From Marsupella aquatica (Eukaryota; Plantae; Marchantiophyta): a stretch of DNA of 64,000 nucleotides. The notes under the pieces were generated by a model. That model was not told the origin of the DNA, did no database searches, and saw only the letters and a list, made by a program, of their open reading frames with translations. A program made the translations under genes and the position numbers. Shown here piece after piece: positions 1 to 13,877 of this stretch. The DNA is taken from contig OZ316892.1 in the NCBI GenBank assembly GCA_973895155.1, forward strand, positions 22,173,168 to 22,237,167, read 5' to 3'. Numbering within the stretch: position 1 is the stretch's first letter; the number at the start of each line of letters is the position of its first letter.

Positions 1-3000
1 CAAGACTCTGAAAGTGAGCATTACGAGTCCTCACCATAGCTATTGTTGAACACGTCCTCTGCCCACGTCCACAACAGGTCCACTCGCTCCTAAAACTAAA
101 CGACCATGGTTAAAAAACTAGAGATTTCATGACTGACCCTGAATTTAGTAAACGTTTTAAAGGACAAGCTCAGATAGGCTGAAGACTTTGAAATTCCAAT
201 AGATGGTAATTCTATTTACCCCGCACACAAACAAGACTCCATTAACCATACCAGTGTACTGAATAGGAGGCCGACCTAGGGAGTAGGTAGCATTGATCCA
301 AGATTCATAGAAAGAGAAGCAACAGCACGAGACAAGATGAAGAAACTCAAAACAGACCTTGAAACAGACTTTGAAATTCATAACTTACAGCCAGCCAACC
401 AGCATAGGTGAAAATGAATATTCTCATGTGTAGATGCATAAGGGGACTCAAATATGGCCTGCATGTTGTCTTACGATAGTTCCACAGGGAATGGTTGAAA
501 AAAGTGCAGCACAGGTATTGAACACAAGGCGAGAGCAACAAAACGAGCAAAGTTCAAGGCTTCTAGCTCTCCAGGGGCCGTCCACACTAGACAGTATCCG
601 TGGGAGACCTCAGAGTTTTGAGGAAGGAACTGCAGAGGCACATCATGATGAGCATGGGCAATGTTGTTTAGTGCTATCTTGCAAGCACATTCATGAGAGT
701 ACAGGTACATCTTAGGCAGAGCACAGCAGACGCCCTGTCAAACAATGCAATGCACAAAACAGAGAGTGGAAGAGAGAGAGAGAAAGAGCACATAGGATGA
801 GCAGCCGAAGAGAAACTGTGAAGGAAGTGAGAGAGAGCTCCCAGAAAAGTGAGATTGCAGTTTTCAAGTAAATGGCTTCTTGTCTATAGACTCACAATTT
901 GTCTGTAGTTTAATTGTCAACCCGTGATGTATAGAGCAAGACTACAAGACTTCCATCCTGGACGTTCATTCCTGATTTCAATGGGCATAAGGCACAGACT
1001 TGTTTCTCTCGTTAATATATTAAACTGGTCATACTTATAAACCAATATTCCTTCACATTCACATTTTAGCTCAAACCATGATCAGCCAAGAAGTCTGATC
1101 TGCCAGATCTCTATGTACAGGGCAATGAAGTAGAGCTCTCAATGAAACTGCCAATCAATCAGAATCAGTTTGTCTCTATTTCAACTGTGAACCAGTAGAC
1201 AGTCTCTATTTAAACAATTAACGTGGGACATGGAGAGGAAGACTGCACTCAAATCACATGTACAGTTACATAACGCAAAGACCAGTATGTTGAATAAGTA
1301 AACGCCAACTCTGCACTTGGAGATTGCTCACGCAATAGAGGTTACTTAGGGAAACTCACCTCGGTCCTTCCGATGTACTCAAGCTCCACAGAGCTAGATC
1401 ACTTACTTAGCTCCACTGTTGAAGGCTTGCCTTCAAGCTTGATTGGAGGCAGCTTGAAGGCTTGACTCGGCAGCTTGAAGGCTTGACTCGGCAGCTTGAT
1501 CAGAAGCAGCTTTAAGGGTTAACTACAGCTTCATCGGAGGCAGCGCGGAAGTTAGAGACAGCAACAACAGTACGTGCGCGGAATCACTTTGTAACAGACA
1601 ACTGAAAACAAAAACATATTACCATACAAATCAATAGTAGACAGGCATAATGCACATTGTGCAGAATAGAAGAACTAGCAATGGATCTGCTCAGAACAAT
1701 TGCAAATGACGTCCTCCACCTATTTCATTTGATGAGGATGCATCTGTTCCTGCTAACTCTCCCGCTAAATCTGTCTGGACTCAGCATTACATGATTGAAA
1801 ACTAAGATACAAGAATGAAATAACTAAGCACTGAATAGAAGGATTATGTTTAAAGAGAATCATGACAGATCTGCTGGTCATGCAACCTGATCAATCCTTT
1901 GGAACTATTCAAGCATATCACAACAGCAGCAAACGGAGGACAAGACGGAGCAGGATGGAGCAGACGGAGGACATGGACACCAGCAGAGGGACAGAGGACA
2001 GGGCCAACAATCATGCGCAGCAGTGAACTCCAGCTCCACGCCACTTGATCACGGAACTTACTTGGTGAAGGTCCACCATTGAAGGCTGATAACTCAATCT
2101 CCATCTCAATGCAAATGAAAGCAGCTCAATTAGTGCACAATGACAGCATGCGCACTACAATCCACGGGTCACCCTAGGACTACCATAAAGACAAATAATG
2201 AAATAGAGTTAGAGGAGCTAGACCCCGAGAGAAATATATGCCACTATGAGAAAGCAACCTTTTCTCCCTAGATCGAATAGCACTTCAACAGCTCAAGGAG
2301 GAAGAGTGACACCTCGCGATAGTCTCTCCTACTACAGCAAGGACAGCTCAGCCCCGCATACTTCTACCGGGACTTCTACAGCACTCTTGGTCTCCATGAG
2401 TGACCACTACTACAACCCAAAACTCCTCGCTGATGATCATGAGCTCAAATCGAAGTTAGATTTCGGCACTCGCTAGGCAAATATATGCAGCACCCATCAG
2501 TTAGCACCATGGTCTCGACATTCAACAAACCTTCATGCTACAACTCAATCACAATCCAACTGCGTCAACACCTACTATTTGATCAAGAATCTAACAGTCT
2601 AATCCGCAATGCAGCCTCAACAATACATTCGGGAAGCCATAGCACAGAACAACCAAGACATTCAAATAGCTGATATCAGACCCAGACTTGTAGTAGAGAG
2701 CAAACTGTACCTCTATAGATGAGAAAAAGCAAGGCGCAACTGAAGCTGGCCATGGAAATGGAGACCCAACAGTTATTTCAGGAAAGGATAGACCCAAGAC
2801 TTGGTTTGGGAAAGCGGAAAGAAATATAGAGCATGGTCGGGAAGTGAAAGAAGCACACTAACCTCCAAACAAACAAGTGGCGAGTATGCTGAGCCTCCTT
2901 CGACTACTTTTGGGAGCTCCTTCATCAAGCTGCAGTCCAAGCTTGTCTTGGAACTGATGGCAGTTCCAAGAGCAATGCCTTGCCCTAAACAGCTGCACTC

Positions 3001-6000
3001 TGCACTCCCGCACTACAGCGCTCCCGCACTTAATCCCACACTCCACACTCCTGCGCTCCGCCCTCCTACAGCTCCGCACTCCTACAGCTCCGCGTCCACT
3101 TTAGAAAGAATGCACGAGCCTTGAGCCTTGAGCGCACCGTGCCCACATTCACTCCCGCATTCCACAATCCACTTTAGGAAATCGACAAGCTTTGATCGCA
3201 GCTCACACTCCACAGCTCTGGAGGCGAAAAATGCAGCCCTCAAAAATCTGCAACTACATTGGCTAAAGCCGATAACAGTGAGCTTGACTGATGACCTTCA
3301 AGCCTCCAATTTTTGACCAAGCTCCCGCGTCCGATGACCTTCACCCCTCAACCTTGCGTGATACCACTAAACCCTGCTATCAATCTCCAAAGTCCTACGC
3401 ACAGAGGAAAACCACAACATCAAACGTTGGGCCTCGACGTTTTTGTGGGAAAAGGGATTCCAAAGTAAAGAGGCTAGAAAGGGTTCGCGGAGCTTGGTCT
3501 GGTGGGAACAATGCCATTGGGCATCCAATGGTTCTCGGCTGCCCTGAGTGATCTCAGTCGTTGGCATAAAGGTACATAGTATCAATACTCTACTCTAATC
3601 TAATAAGGATTGTGATAATTTAGTGACTTGGGCCCTTTGCCCTTTGCCATTAACCTTGCCCATCCACATTGACCTTGGCGTTTGGAACAATATGGTTTGT
3701 TGTCACATTTTTTGCATTGGGCTTTGTGGAATATTGTTGTGGGAACAATATTGTTTTTGCATTTGGGGGTTTGCCTAATTAGTTGTGCAAACCAATTGAG
3801 TATGTAATTAAACCATACCTGTGCAAAGTGCATACAAACATGTCAATGTGTTAAAAAGGTTGTAGCAAGGAAGCTGAAGATGTCATATATATATATGGAC
3901 ACACAATTATGTTCTTAAAAACACTTTCCCCAACCCCTGCATTATATTTTGTGATTTGGGGAGTAATAATTAAGTGCTACTATCTCATGGGTACCCCTTT
4001 TGAATTAACCAAAAATATGAGCATTCTATTAGACCATTGTCACATTGAGGTAGTAATTATTATGTTTTTACAGATAACTTTTGGAAAAGCCTTATTCAAA
4101 GTGGTTTTGGCTAGTCTTAAAAAGATCCACTACTTGGTTACAAGTCATTATCATGAATGTGTAATGTATTATTTATTCAAATGTTAGAGACATTGTTGTT
4201 GCACTTTGGAGAGGGCATAGTCCCGAGCATGGCATCCCATCGTTTGGAGTAGTATACAATAGATATACCTTGCCGACCTTCACTGTAACTTTGTCGAGTC
4301 CAAATATTTGTTCCATGTACCACTCAACCTTGTGTGATAATAGCAGTGGCCAAAAAGGTGAGTGTTCCAAAGCACCTCATTTGTAGTGGTTTGGGCTGGT
4401 GCATAGGGTTTAGGGTTTGTCAACAACAATGACGGTGGTATCTTAAGTCATATTTGTCCTAAACCTAAAACCACATCATTTGTAGTGGTTTAATGGTAAC
4501 CTAGGACTACCACTTCATGAGATGTTGTTTGGAGTAATGCGCGATGTACCACCCTAGCTTAAGTGGTTTAGAGAGATGCGTTATGTACCACCCCAGCTTG
4601 AGTGATAGTGTTAGTCGCTAGAAATGAGGGCTTTGAAGAACATGGTTTTTAGTGATTTGGGGAGTAACAAACTTACAATGGATAATGAGAAATGGATCCA
4701 CCTTGCCGCAATTCTCGGAGGACCACGATTAAAGGAGGAGGGTTGGGCCCGCCGCCACCACAATTCCTCCGTGTTGCCCCCCAATGGTGAAGCCATGGGA
4801 CACCCCCATCACGTGTGCCAACTAGTTATAGCAACGACAATGAGGTTGTGACGCATAAATTGCCAAGGTGGAGAGATTTGAGGCACCCAAGTGATGCAAC
4901 ATCATGAACTCCACACAAATCACTCCAAGACTCTACGGAATTACAAATATGGGGCTTATGTGATGCATCCACACAATTCACTTCTTTTAGCACTAGTTCA
5001 TGGCAAGTGGTCCCACTAAAGTGTGCTGCATCACTCAAATATGGGTGCAATTTGTAGTCGCCCAAAGGCGAGGGCCTGAAAGGACCTTTTTCCAAGTCAA
5101 TTGGGCGCGAATATATAACTACACTTCATTGCAAGTGTTCGCACCCAATTTACTTCTCAACTCAAGTAAAGGTGGTGTCTTAAGTTGGATTTGCCCTAAA
5201 CCCTAAAACCACCTCATTTGTAGTGGTTTGCCCCCAATCACCCTAGGACTACCACTTCATGAGAAGTGGTTTAGAGAGATGCGTCATGTACCACCCCAGC
5301 TTGAGTGATAGTGTTAGTCGCTAGAAATGAGGGCTTTGAAGAACATGGTTTTTAGTGATTTGGGGAGTAACAAACTTACAATGGATAATGAGAAGTGGAT
5401 CCACCTTGCCGCAATTCTCGGAGGACCACGATTAAAGGAGGAGGGTTGGGCCCGCCGCCACCACAATTCCTCCGTGTTAGCCCCCCAATGGTGAAGCCAT
5501 GGGACACCCCCATCATGTGTGCCAACTAGTTATAGCAACGACAATGAGGTTGTGACGCATAAATTGCCAAGGTGGAGAGATTTGAGGCACCCAAGTGATG
5601 CAACATCATGAACTCCACACAAATCACTCCAAGACTCTACGGAATTACAAATATGGGGCTTATGTGATGCATCCACACAATTCACTTCTTTTAGCACTAG
5701 TTCATGGCAAGTGGTCCCACTAAAGTGTGCTGCATCACTCAAATACGGGTGCAATTTGTAGTCCCCCAAAGGCGAGGGCCTTAAAGGACCTTTTTCCAAG
5801 TCAATTGGGCGCGAATATATAACTACACTTCATTGCAAGTGTTCGCACCCAATTTACTTCTCAACTCAAGTAAAGGTGGTGTCTTAAGTTGGATTTGCCC
5901 TAAACCCTAAAACCACCTCATTTGTAGTGGTTTGCCCCCAATCACCCTAGGACTACCACTTCATGAGAAGTGGTTTAGAGAGATGCGTCATGTACCACCC

Positions 6001-8314
6001 CAAGCTTGAGTGATAGTGTTAGTCGCTAGAAATGAGGGCTTTGAAGAACATGGTTTTTAGTGATTTGGGGAGTAACAAACTTACAATGGATAATGAGAAG
6101 TGGATCCACCTTGCCGCAATTCTCGGAGGACCACGATTAAAGGAGGAGGGTTGGGCCCGCCGCCACCACAATTCCTCCGTGTTAGCCCCCCCATGGTGAA
6201 GCCATGGGACACCCCCATCATGTGTGCCAACTAGTTATAGCAACGACAATGAGGTTGTGACGCATAAATTGCCAAGGTGGAGAGATTTGAGGCACCCAAG
6301 TGATGCAACATCATGAACTCCACACAAATCACTCCAAGACTCTACGGAATTACAAATATGGGGCTTATGTGATGCATCCACACAATTCACTTCTTTTAGC
6401 ACTAGTTCATGGCAAGTGGTCCCACTAAAGTGTGCTGCATCACTCAAATACGGGTGCAATTTGTAGTCCCCCAAAGGCGAGGGCCTTAAAGGACCTTTTT
6501 CCAAGTCAATTGGGCGCGAATATATAACTACACTTCATTGCAAGTGTTCGCACCCAATTTACTTCTCAACTCAAGTAAAGGTGGTGTCTTAAGTTGGATT
6601 TGCCCTAAACCCTAAAACCACCTCATTTGTAGTGGTTTGCCCCCAATCACCCTAGGACTACCACTTCATGAGAAGTGGTTTAGAGAGATGCGTCATGTAC
6701 CACCCCAAGCTTGAGTGATAGTGTTAGTCGCTAGAAATGAGGGCTTTGAAGAACATGGTTTTTAGTGATTTGGGGAGTAACAAACTTACAATGGATAATG
6801 AGAAGTGGATCCACCTTGCCGCAATTCTCGGAGGACCACGATTAAAGGAGGAGGGTTGGGCCCGCCGCCACCACAATTCCTCCGTGTTAGCCCCCCCATG
6901 GTGAAGCCATGGGACACCCCCATCACATGTGCCAACTAGTTATAGCAACGACAATGAGGTTGTGACGCATAAATTGCCAAGGTGGAGAGATTTGAGGCAC
7001 CCAAGTGATGCAACATCATGAACTCCACACAAATCACTCCAAGACTCTACGGAATTACAAATATGGGGCTTATGTGATGCATCCACACAATTCACTTCTT
7101 TTAGCACTAGTTCATGGCAAGTGATCCCACTAAAGTGTGCTGCATCACTCAAATATGGGTGCGGTTTGTAGTTGCAAGAAGATGAGAGCCCGAAAGGACC
7201 TTATGTTAAGTGGTTTGGGCTCGTATTTACCAATGCGCTTGATTGGAAGTTCAAACACATAACTTTCCCAACTCAAAACATGGTGGTATTTCAAGTGACA
7301 GGTGCCCAAAACCCTCAAAGCACCTGTTGTGTAGTGGTTTGGGTACAATTTGAAAAAATAAAATTGTTTGTCGCTATAATTCCGGTGGCATGCATATCGT
7401 GACTGAAAATGTGTGTTGATAATGACATCATTGGGAGAGGTTTTGGACATCACAATCTGTTCAATTTTTAGTCATTTGTCAAAACTAAAAAATGACATTA
7501 TTCATAGTGATTTCTGAGAATGGAAAATGATCAACTTTATGTCAAGTCATTTGCAAGGTTATGCATTGACACTCGACTCTTAGTGGCATTTGGAGTCACT
7601 AAAATGTGCGAAGAGAATGACATTCTTTAGAGTGATTTTGAACTAAGGAGGATGTGACGCTTGGTTTGAAGTTGCATCAAATAATATTTATTGGACTCTA
7701 ATATTAGTGGTATTTGTAGTCAGACAATTTGTGATAATAATGACTTTATTTAAAGAAATTTTATACATTGACAATTAATTCACTCAATCTTAAGTTGTTT
7801 GTAAAAATTTCTTTGTCACTAAAATATTTTAAGTGATTTTGCCAAAATTCATTTGTGACTCCACTATTGGTGCTATTTATAGTAACAAAAGGTGTGCTCA
7901 CAAATGACATTATTGCAAGTAATTAAGATCACTTGGAAAAAATTCACTTGATTGGGAGTTGATTGAAAAATCACCTTTATCATTCAAATATTGGTGGTAC
8001 TTGTATTTTTAGTGATTTTGGCCAGTAGTAAAATCTTAGTTAAAAATAGAGTTGTAAACATCGACGGTGTAATGGACGGTGGATTGTAGTGATTTGTAAA
8101 TTTGTGTAATATACAACTCTAATTCAAGTGATCTAAATTTTAGTGGCAAAAAAAAGAGTTGTAATCAGTGATTAAGGTAACATAGTTCTAAGTAGAGTAA
8201 TAAAATGCAGATTATTACAACCCATTAAAAAACAGTGGTTGGCACCACATATGAGTTATTTAGGCAAAATAGTTGCAAGGCCTGTAGTAGTAAAACACAA
8301 GTTTTCTTCTAGTG
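1..8314 (-). mobile_element. Partial CACTA/EnSpm element (CACTA-1); one terminus at 8314, the rest presumably runs off the left edge
   Basis: Ends in GTTTTCTTCTAGTG (8301-8314), the reverse complement of CACTAGAAGAAAAC, identical to the TIR start at 33374. It has an AT-rich subterminal region and a long tandem array. The C-rich CTCCGCA-type tract at ~2990-3100 mirrors the GAGCTGCGGAG tract of CACTA-2 (~39480), which gives the orientation. Sequence right of 8314 switches abruptly to a homolog of 53141 onward. The left extent is inferred. Confidence 0.7.
4500..7170. repeat. Subterminal tandem array, ~705-bp unit, ~3.7 near-identical copies
   Basis: GAGAGATGCGTYATGTACCACCCC recurs at ~4571, 5274, 5978 and 6683. 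The repeated ORF-track entries 4826/5530/6235/6940 show the same period. Confidence 0.95.
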
Positions 8315-10890
8315 CCAGCCCTGCTGGTGCAACTAAAAACTTGCTAAAGAAGAGGCCCTGGACTCCCCGCTGCCCAGGTATTTATCCTGGTAGCGGATCT
8401 GTCCAGAACTTTGTTGCGTAAGCTTAATCTATCCTATCTGTAATCTACCTAACTGTACAGCGAGGCAGGAGCACAAGTCTAAGTGTCAGGGCCGTCTTTT
8501 TGTCTTGATCCTAATCCTAAACTTGGAGATCTGAGCTCGCCCTGCCCACTCATGCATGCCTCCTACCTCCATGTCCACCCTTCTTAAAAGGAACGGCGCC
8601 CTTGCACCATCACAACACCGGTGGTGGACCCTCAATGGACGCCCCTAATGCCTCCCCCGCAGCCACTGCCGTCGGTCCGTCCTCTGACAGATTACCTGCC
8701 CCGGACCGAGTCAACTCTTCATCGGCTTGACTGGATCCACCCTCGGCTTCGGCCCTAGCATCGGTCACGGCCCTCGATACGGCTTCGGCCTCCCCGACAT
8801 GTTCTAGTGGAGGATCCGGTACCTCGGCTTCATCAATAGCTGTCCCGGCCTCGGCCTTGCCATCCCCACCTTCTTCAACAGGTGGATCTACTACCGTAAT
8901 CATGCCGGAGGTTGGTGCCGGGTTGACCTAGCCTCCTGGGTCACAACGGCTTGGTAAGCCGTATAACTCCCAGACCCAGAAGGTTTCCGCTTCTTCTTCT
9001 TCCCTGTTTTGGTAGCTGGTCCCTTCCCCTTGCTACCTACCTCCGGCACCGGGGCGTGTGTCTCGGCTTGTCTTTCGGCCAGTACCCCTCCTGGTAACGG
9101 AGTTCCCACAATTGGAGTTGCCAGATGAAGCTAAGCACTTAAATACTGCGGCCTGTTTCTTCAGCCACTCCGTTTGGTTGTCGGCCCGCCGCTGTAAGTT
9201 CTCCATCTTCCTGGTGGTTTCCTCCAACTCCTCCTAGGCTTCCTCCACGTCCTTCCGTCCCTCTTGCAGCTCCTTTCTGGCTTCTTCCAATTCCAATTTT
9301 AAGGTAGCCCTCTCCTCCTGGGTTGCTCTTAGCTCCTTGTCGAGCTCCGCTACGACCTCAAACTCCATTTTATTCATCTTGGAATAAGTCTGGTCGAGCT
9401 GGTCGTCCTTCTCATGTAGGTCAGCCTTGAAGCTGGCCGTCAGGGATGCAAGCTCCTGTTGCAGCGCAATAATCCCTTGATAGGATTTCCCTAACTCGGC
9501 CTCCTCTACTAAAGGGCTCCGCTGATATCCTTGAGCTCTCCTTTCAACGCCCTCTCCCTTCTTTGAGTCTCCGCCATGGACCGGTTGTTGGCGGTTATGT
9601 GGGCCTCTTCTGCGTCCCTCAGCTCCTGCTTCCACTTTTCCCTGTCCTTGACCGCGTTGGCCAACTCTCCTTGGGTTCAAGTTAGTTTATCCTTGATAAT
9701 CTGATTGCTAGACTGAGCGGCATCCAATTGTCCTTGCATGATGTTTAGCTCATGCCGCTTAATCCGCAGCTCATCTTGGGCTTTCTTAGCCGCCTGCAGG
9801 TCTTCCACCTCGGCTTCCATCTCCCTAAGCCGCCGGATGACCTCGTCCTTCTTGCTTCTCTCCAAAGCCACCGCTTCTTCTAATCGGTGCTTCTCCAACA
9901 TCTCCCTCTGGAAAAAAGGTCCCTGCTCCAACTCCTCCCCAAAGATGCTGAGCGCCAGGTCCCCACACATCTCCCCGTACTCCATGGCTCTATCTTTAGC
10001 ATAGGTGGAGTAAGTAGAAGTCATCGGCATTAACCACCTCGGCCTCTATTCCCAAGCCGCCTTGCGGATTTCTTCTACGGTGGCAAGAGGGTTGCTTCTT
10101 TTTTTGGCAAGCCACCTGATGTCCTCCGGCCAATCTCCTCCTGGTAAATCTTTCTCCCTAGCTAGGGCTGCTTTCTCTTCCTCCCTAAGTCACTCCTGAA
10201 ATTCTTGTGCCGTCTGCTTTATGCCGTCAAAGCTCGGGGGAGCAACCTCTGGTGGGGGAGACTCGGGGCTACTCTGTTGGGTGGGGTCTCCTTGAACTAC
10301 TCTTGGAAGCATGGGGATAAATCGGCCACAGGTCCTTACTCCTGGAACATGATGATCCGACCCATAGTCTGAGTTATCATTGCTGTAGTCCTCCACCGCC
10401 TCCTCCACTGCTTGGACTCCCGGCTTCCCCCTCTGTTCCCCTGGTCCTACCGTGAAAACGGCCTCACAGATCACGGGCTCTAGTTCCTCCTGTGGTTTCC
10501 AGGCTGTCCTCTCCCTCTGCTTTCCGCGGGAAGGAGCCTTAGGCTGCTCTGCCTCTGATTCGGGGCTTGAAGCTCCCACATACATTCAAACTCCCGGCTT
10601 GTGTTCCGGCCTCCTTCTCTCGTTGGCTCCGGTAAAGGGGTTTTCCCTCCTGAGTCGGCTTAAGTCGGCCTTTGGGGCAGTGTTGTGGTAAGCGTTTTAG
10701 ATGAAACTTGTATAAAATGTATCTTAGAAACTCGAATTCGTTCCCGTAGGGAATAAAGGAAATCGATTTATGATGGTATTAAGGTCTTTGAGATCTTTAG
10801 GAGTCTCTCTCCTTACACAAATACTATGTATCACTCAAAATATTTATGATCAATCATTTTAATATGGAAACTCTCAGACTATCGCTCCTT

Positions 10891-11033
10891 TGTTGTGGGA
10901 GAAATGAGACAAAGAGTTAGTTCCATCTTTACTCTTGGTAGAATATGTACATGTGGCTACAGCCTAAGTAGTTAGGGTAGTTACATAGGTAGTTATCCCA
11001 AAGGTAGACTTAACTCAAGTATGAGTTACAACA
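10891..11033 (-). repeat. 3' LTR of element A (143 bp)
   Basis: Direct repeat of 13735-13877, adjacent to the PPT. Confidence 0.95.
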
Positions 11034-13721
11034 CTCCCCCTTTGTAACATTGGGGTTGAAATGTTACAATCAAGAGTCTACTTTGGGTATATTCAGTGGT
11101 ATACAATAGGTTTTGTTTATGTCTAGCCTATTTTATAAATGGTGTAGTCATCGCAAGTCTACTATAAATGAATGTCAAGCTTCTCCTAATAGATGTCTTA
11201 TAATTCATGTTGTATGGTAAAGTGTAAGTGGGGGATGTAACCTCATTAAAACCTCCCCTACTTTCTTTGTGGGAGGAAAGAGTATTACCATCCCCATGGG
11301 TGTAACATAATTGGGTTTAAGCATATAGTGTATGTGTAATTTCTACAAAGTCTCTTAAGGTGCTTGTCAGCACTATAGGCTTGTTGAAGATCCTCCTTGG
11401 TTGATTGTTTCTCGTGTCTCCTTCCAATCGGGAAATGGAGACTCCTTGATGGTCACAGATTACATGCCATGACAAAGCAAAGTATTAGTACAAAATGAAG
11501 ATGATATGGTGTAATCCATGGCTTTGGAATTGGATTGGGTGTCCAATCCTAGATTTGGTGTGGGCATAACCTATTTGAACCATATCACGTACCATATCCA
11601 TAACATAGGGTTATCATATTGGGGTATGGCGCACCATCTCTTATGGTGCCTTACCATGCCATGTCTCACCTTATGGTACCTTATGACCTGGTACTGTACC
11701 TCATATTATCATATGGTACTTTAATATCCAGTATACCTCATCAAGTATTGGTAAGTGATTGTGTTAACATCATGTTCAATCATTTATAAAAATTCCTTAG
11801 ATTTCATGATTTGCCATATGCATGGAATAAAGTTCCATTTTTAGGTATTCATTGGTGCGAAAGGCACTTGTGCAATAGGCACATCCCATGGGTTACATTG
11901 CTTGATGTCAAGTCTTACTTGAGGTCTCCCCCTCAATTTGTCATTTACTTCCATGTGCAGTACGCACTCATTGGCTTCCATGTGTAGTAGGCACGGAGCT
12001 GAACTTTTAAGTGCCGTAGGCAGCTTTTAAATGCAGTAGGCACGTTGGGAAAAACAATTCTCCCCCTGAATTTGTGAATGGCAATTCTTATATGGTAATC
12101 TTTCCAATAGATATCTTTCATTTTAATGCCATTTCGTCCCCGTTCTTAGTATGTGTGTTTCCCTGGTTCAGTGCACATTGTTCTTTGTATACGCAAATCT
12201 ATTTGATGGGTTTTGCAATTAAGGAGGGTTTGCACTTAGCGGTATGTTCTCGACGTTTTCTTGACGTTTCAGCGTTTTTGTTGCGAGATTTGTTCTTTGC
12301 TGCGCGCGTTCCCTTCGTGCTCTTATCCTCCTTTCTCCAAGCTTCTCTTGGTTCGTGCTCCCAATGGTCAACTCGTAAGCTCATAACACCAATGCCCCTA
12401 CCCCTGGTCGTGGATTGTTCCATCTTATCCATGCATACTGCCAATCTCACGAGAACTGTTGTTTACCAAAACTGGCATTCTGTGTCCTTCTGTGCTATAG
12501 GTGCCATAACTTTGGGACTCCCATTGGTCATCGCTATCCTCCTTACTTTCCTCATCCGTGTGTTTGCCTTTGATAACGAGGAAGAAGAAATCGAAGGCAC
12601 AAAAAATGCCTAAGGGAGAGAACTTTCCGCGGCGCGACACAGTGTCTGAGTCCCCTCTTCTCTTCTCCACTTTGTTTTCCTCGTACTCGGGCGACATCTC
12701 CTGAGCAGCCGAGGCCTTTATCCGCGGCTTACCGTAATGTAGTTGCATGACACAATTCACCGCATTCCTTGCATTGCTATCTTTCAACGTAGCAGACCTC
12801 CGAACAATTGTAGGAGTTTCCAGTGGCTTCGCTCTCAATTCAATGTGCTTGCATAGTTTTCTTGGTCACAGTTTTCGGTAAGAAGAATGAGAAATCAATC
12901 CAATTAACTTCATCAACTCCAGGAACTCACAAACAGATTGGTAGTACCGGTGGAGAAAGAGTAAGAGAACGTAGTGAAACGGACTGGACCAGGACTATTG
13001 ACGCATGTGTGAACTAATGTGGCGCAGGCCAGTTCAGAATGCAAAGCAGGACTACGATGAAAATTCATTCGCGGATAACAATGAAAGAATCACTGTGTGA
13101 CTTTGGGAACTAAGACCCTAAGCGGGGATAGCATTGCCTTTCCCGCAGTCCTCATTGCACGACAGGAATGAAGAGACACAGCAGGAATTCCGCAGGGACC
13201 ATGATATCTTCGTAATCCTTGCCACTGTGCAGAATTAACCTAGGAATTTGATAACTTCCGAGGCAATAGGTCGCTTCAAAACTGAAATATCGACGAGGCA
13301 TCATCGCAATTCTGCACTTAAAGTTGACAGAGACACCAAGATCGAGGGAATCCATTGCTCAAAAAATTTGTTAAAAATGAGAAGAAGACATCCAATAGCA
13401 ACCATGAAAGTTAGGACGAGCGGGATCCCAACGTGCATAGCCCAAGCCAACAACAAATGATGCGGACGCCATTTGCTCACAATACATTCCACTTTCCCTT
13501 CACACAATTGGCCGCATTCAAGCTAACATCAAATGCCATCTTCGTCCACATTCCGCCTCAATTCAGAGTGCAAAGCGAGCTACAGCGCTTCAAGCAGTTC
13601 TCGCAGAAAAAAAAACTAAAAAAAACTTTGGCACATTCAAATCACGTCTTCAGGGCTCTCCCTCCTTTCTTTGTCTTAGGTTGAATCAGTCATGGCCTAA
13701 AAATTCAGCCAGTCTTAGGCT

Positions 13722-13734
13722 CGTGCTGATAACG
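13722..13734 (-). other. Primer-binding site, half-tRNA-Ile type
   Basis: The + strand CGTGCTGATAACG abuts the LTR and matches the plant tRNA-Ile(AAU) anticodon arm as I recall it (CGTGCTAATAACG), with G at the wobble position. This PBS type is characteristic of the Bianca lineage. Confidence 0.75.
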
Positions 13735-13877
13735 TGTTGTGGGAGAAATGAGACAAAGAGTTAGTTCCATCTTTACTCTTGGTAGAATATGTACATGTGG
13801 CTACAGCCTAAGTAGTTAGGGTAGTTACATAGGTAGTTATCCCAAAGGTAGACTTAACTCAAGTATGAGTTACAACA
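13735..13877 (-). repeat. 5' LTR of element A (143 bp)
   Basis: Identical to 10891-11033, adjacent to the PBS. Confidence 0.95.

Larger units (their letters stand above)
10891..13877 (-). mobile_element. Non-autonomous Ty1/Copia (Bianca-type) LTR element A, 2987 bp, no gag-pol
   Basis: Identical 143-bp LTRs (10891-11033 and 13735-13877) with TGTTG..CAACA termini. TSD TCCTT (10886-10890 and 13878-13882). Minus-strand PPT (CTCCCCCTTTGT on + at 11034-11045). PBS CGTTATCAGCACG on the minus strand (13722-13734). Confidence 0.93.

Noticed and set aside
4826-7152. Repeated 70-89 aa ORFs (likewise at 19243-20155, 26418-28125 and 34988-37557)
   Set aside because: These are by-products of tandem DNA repeats, with no domain signature and mostly non-ATG starts.
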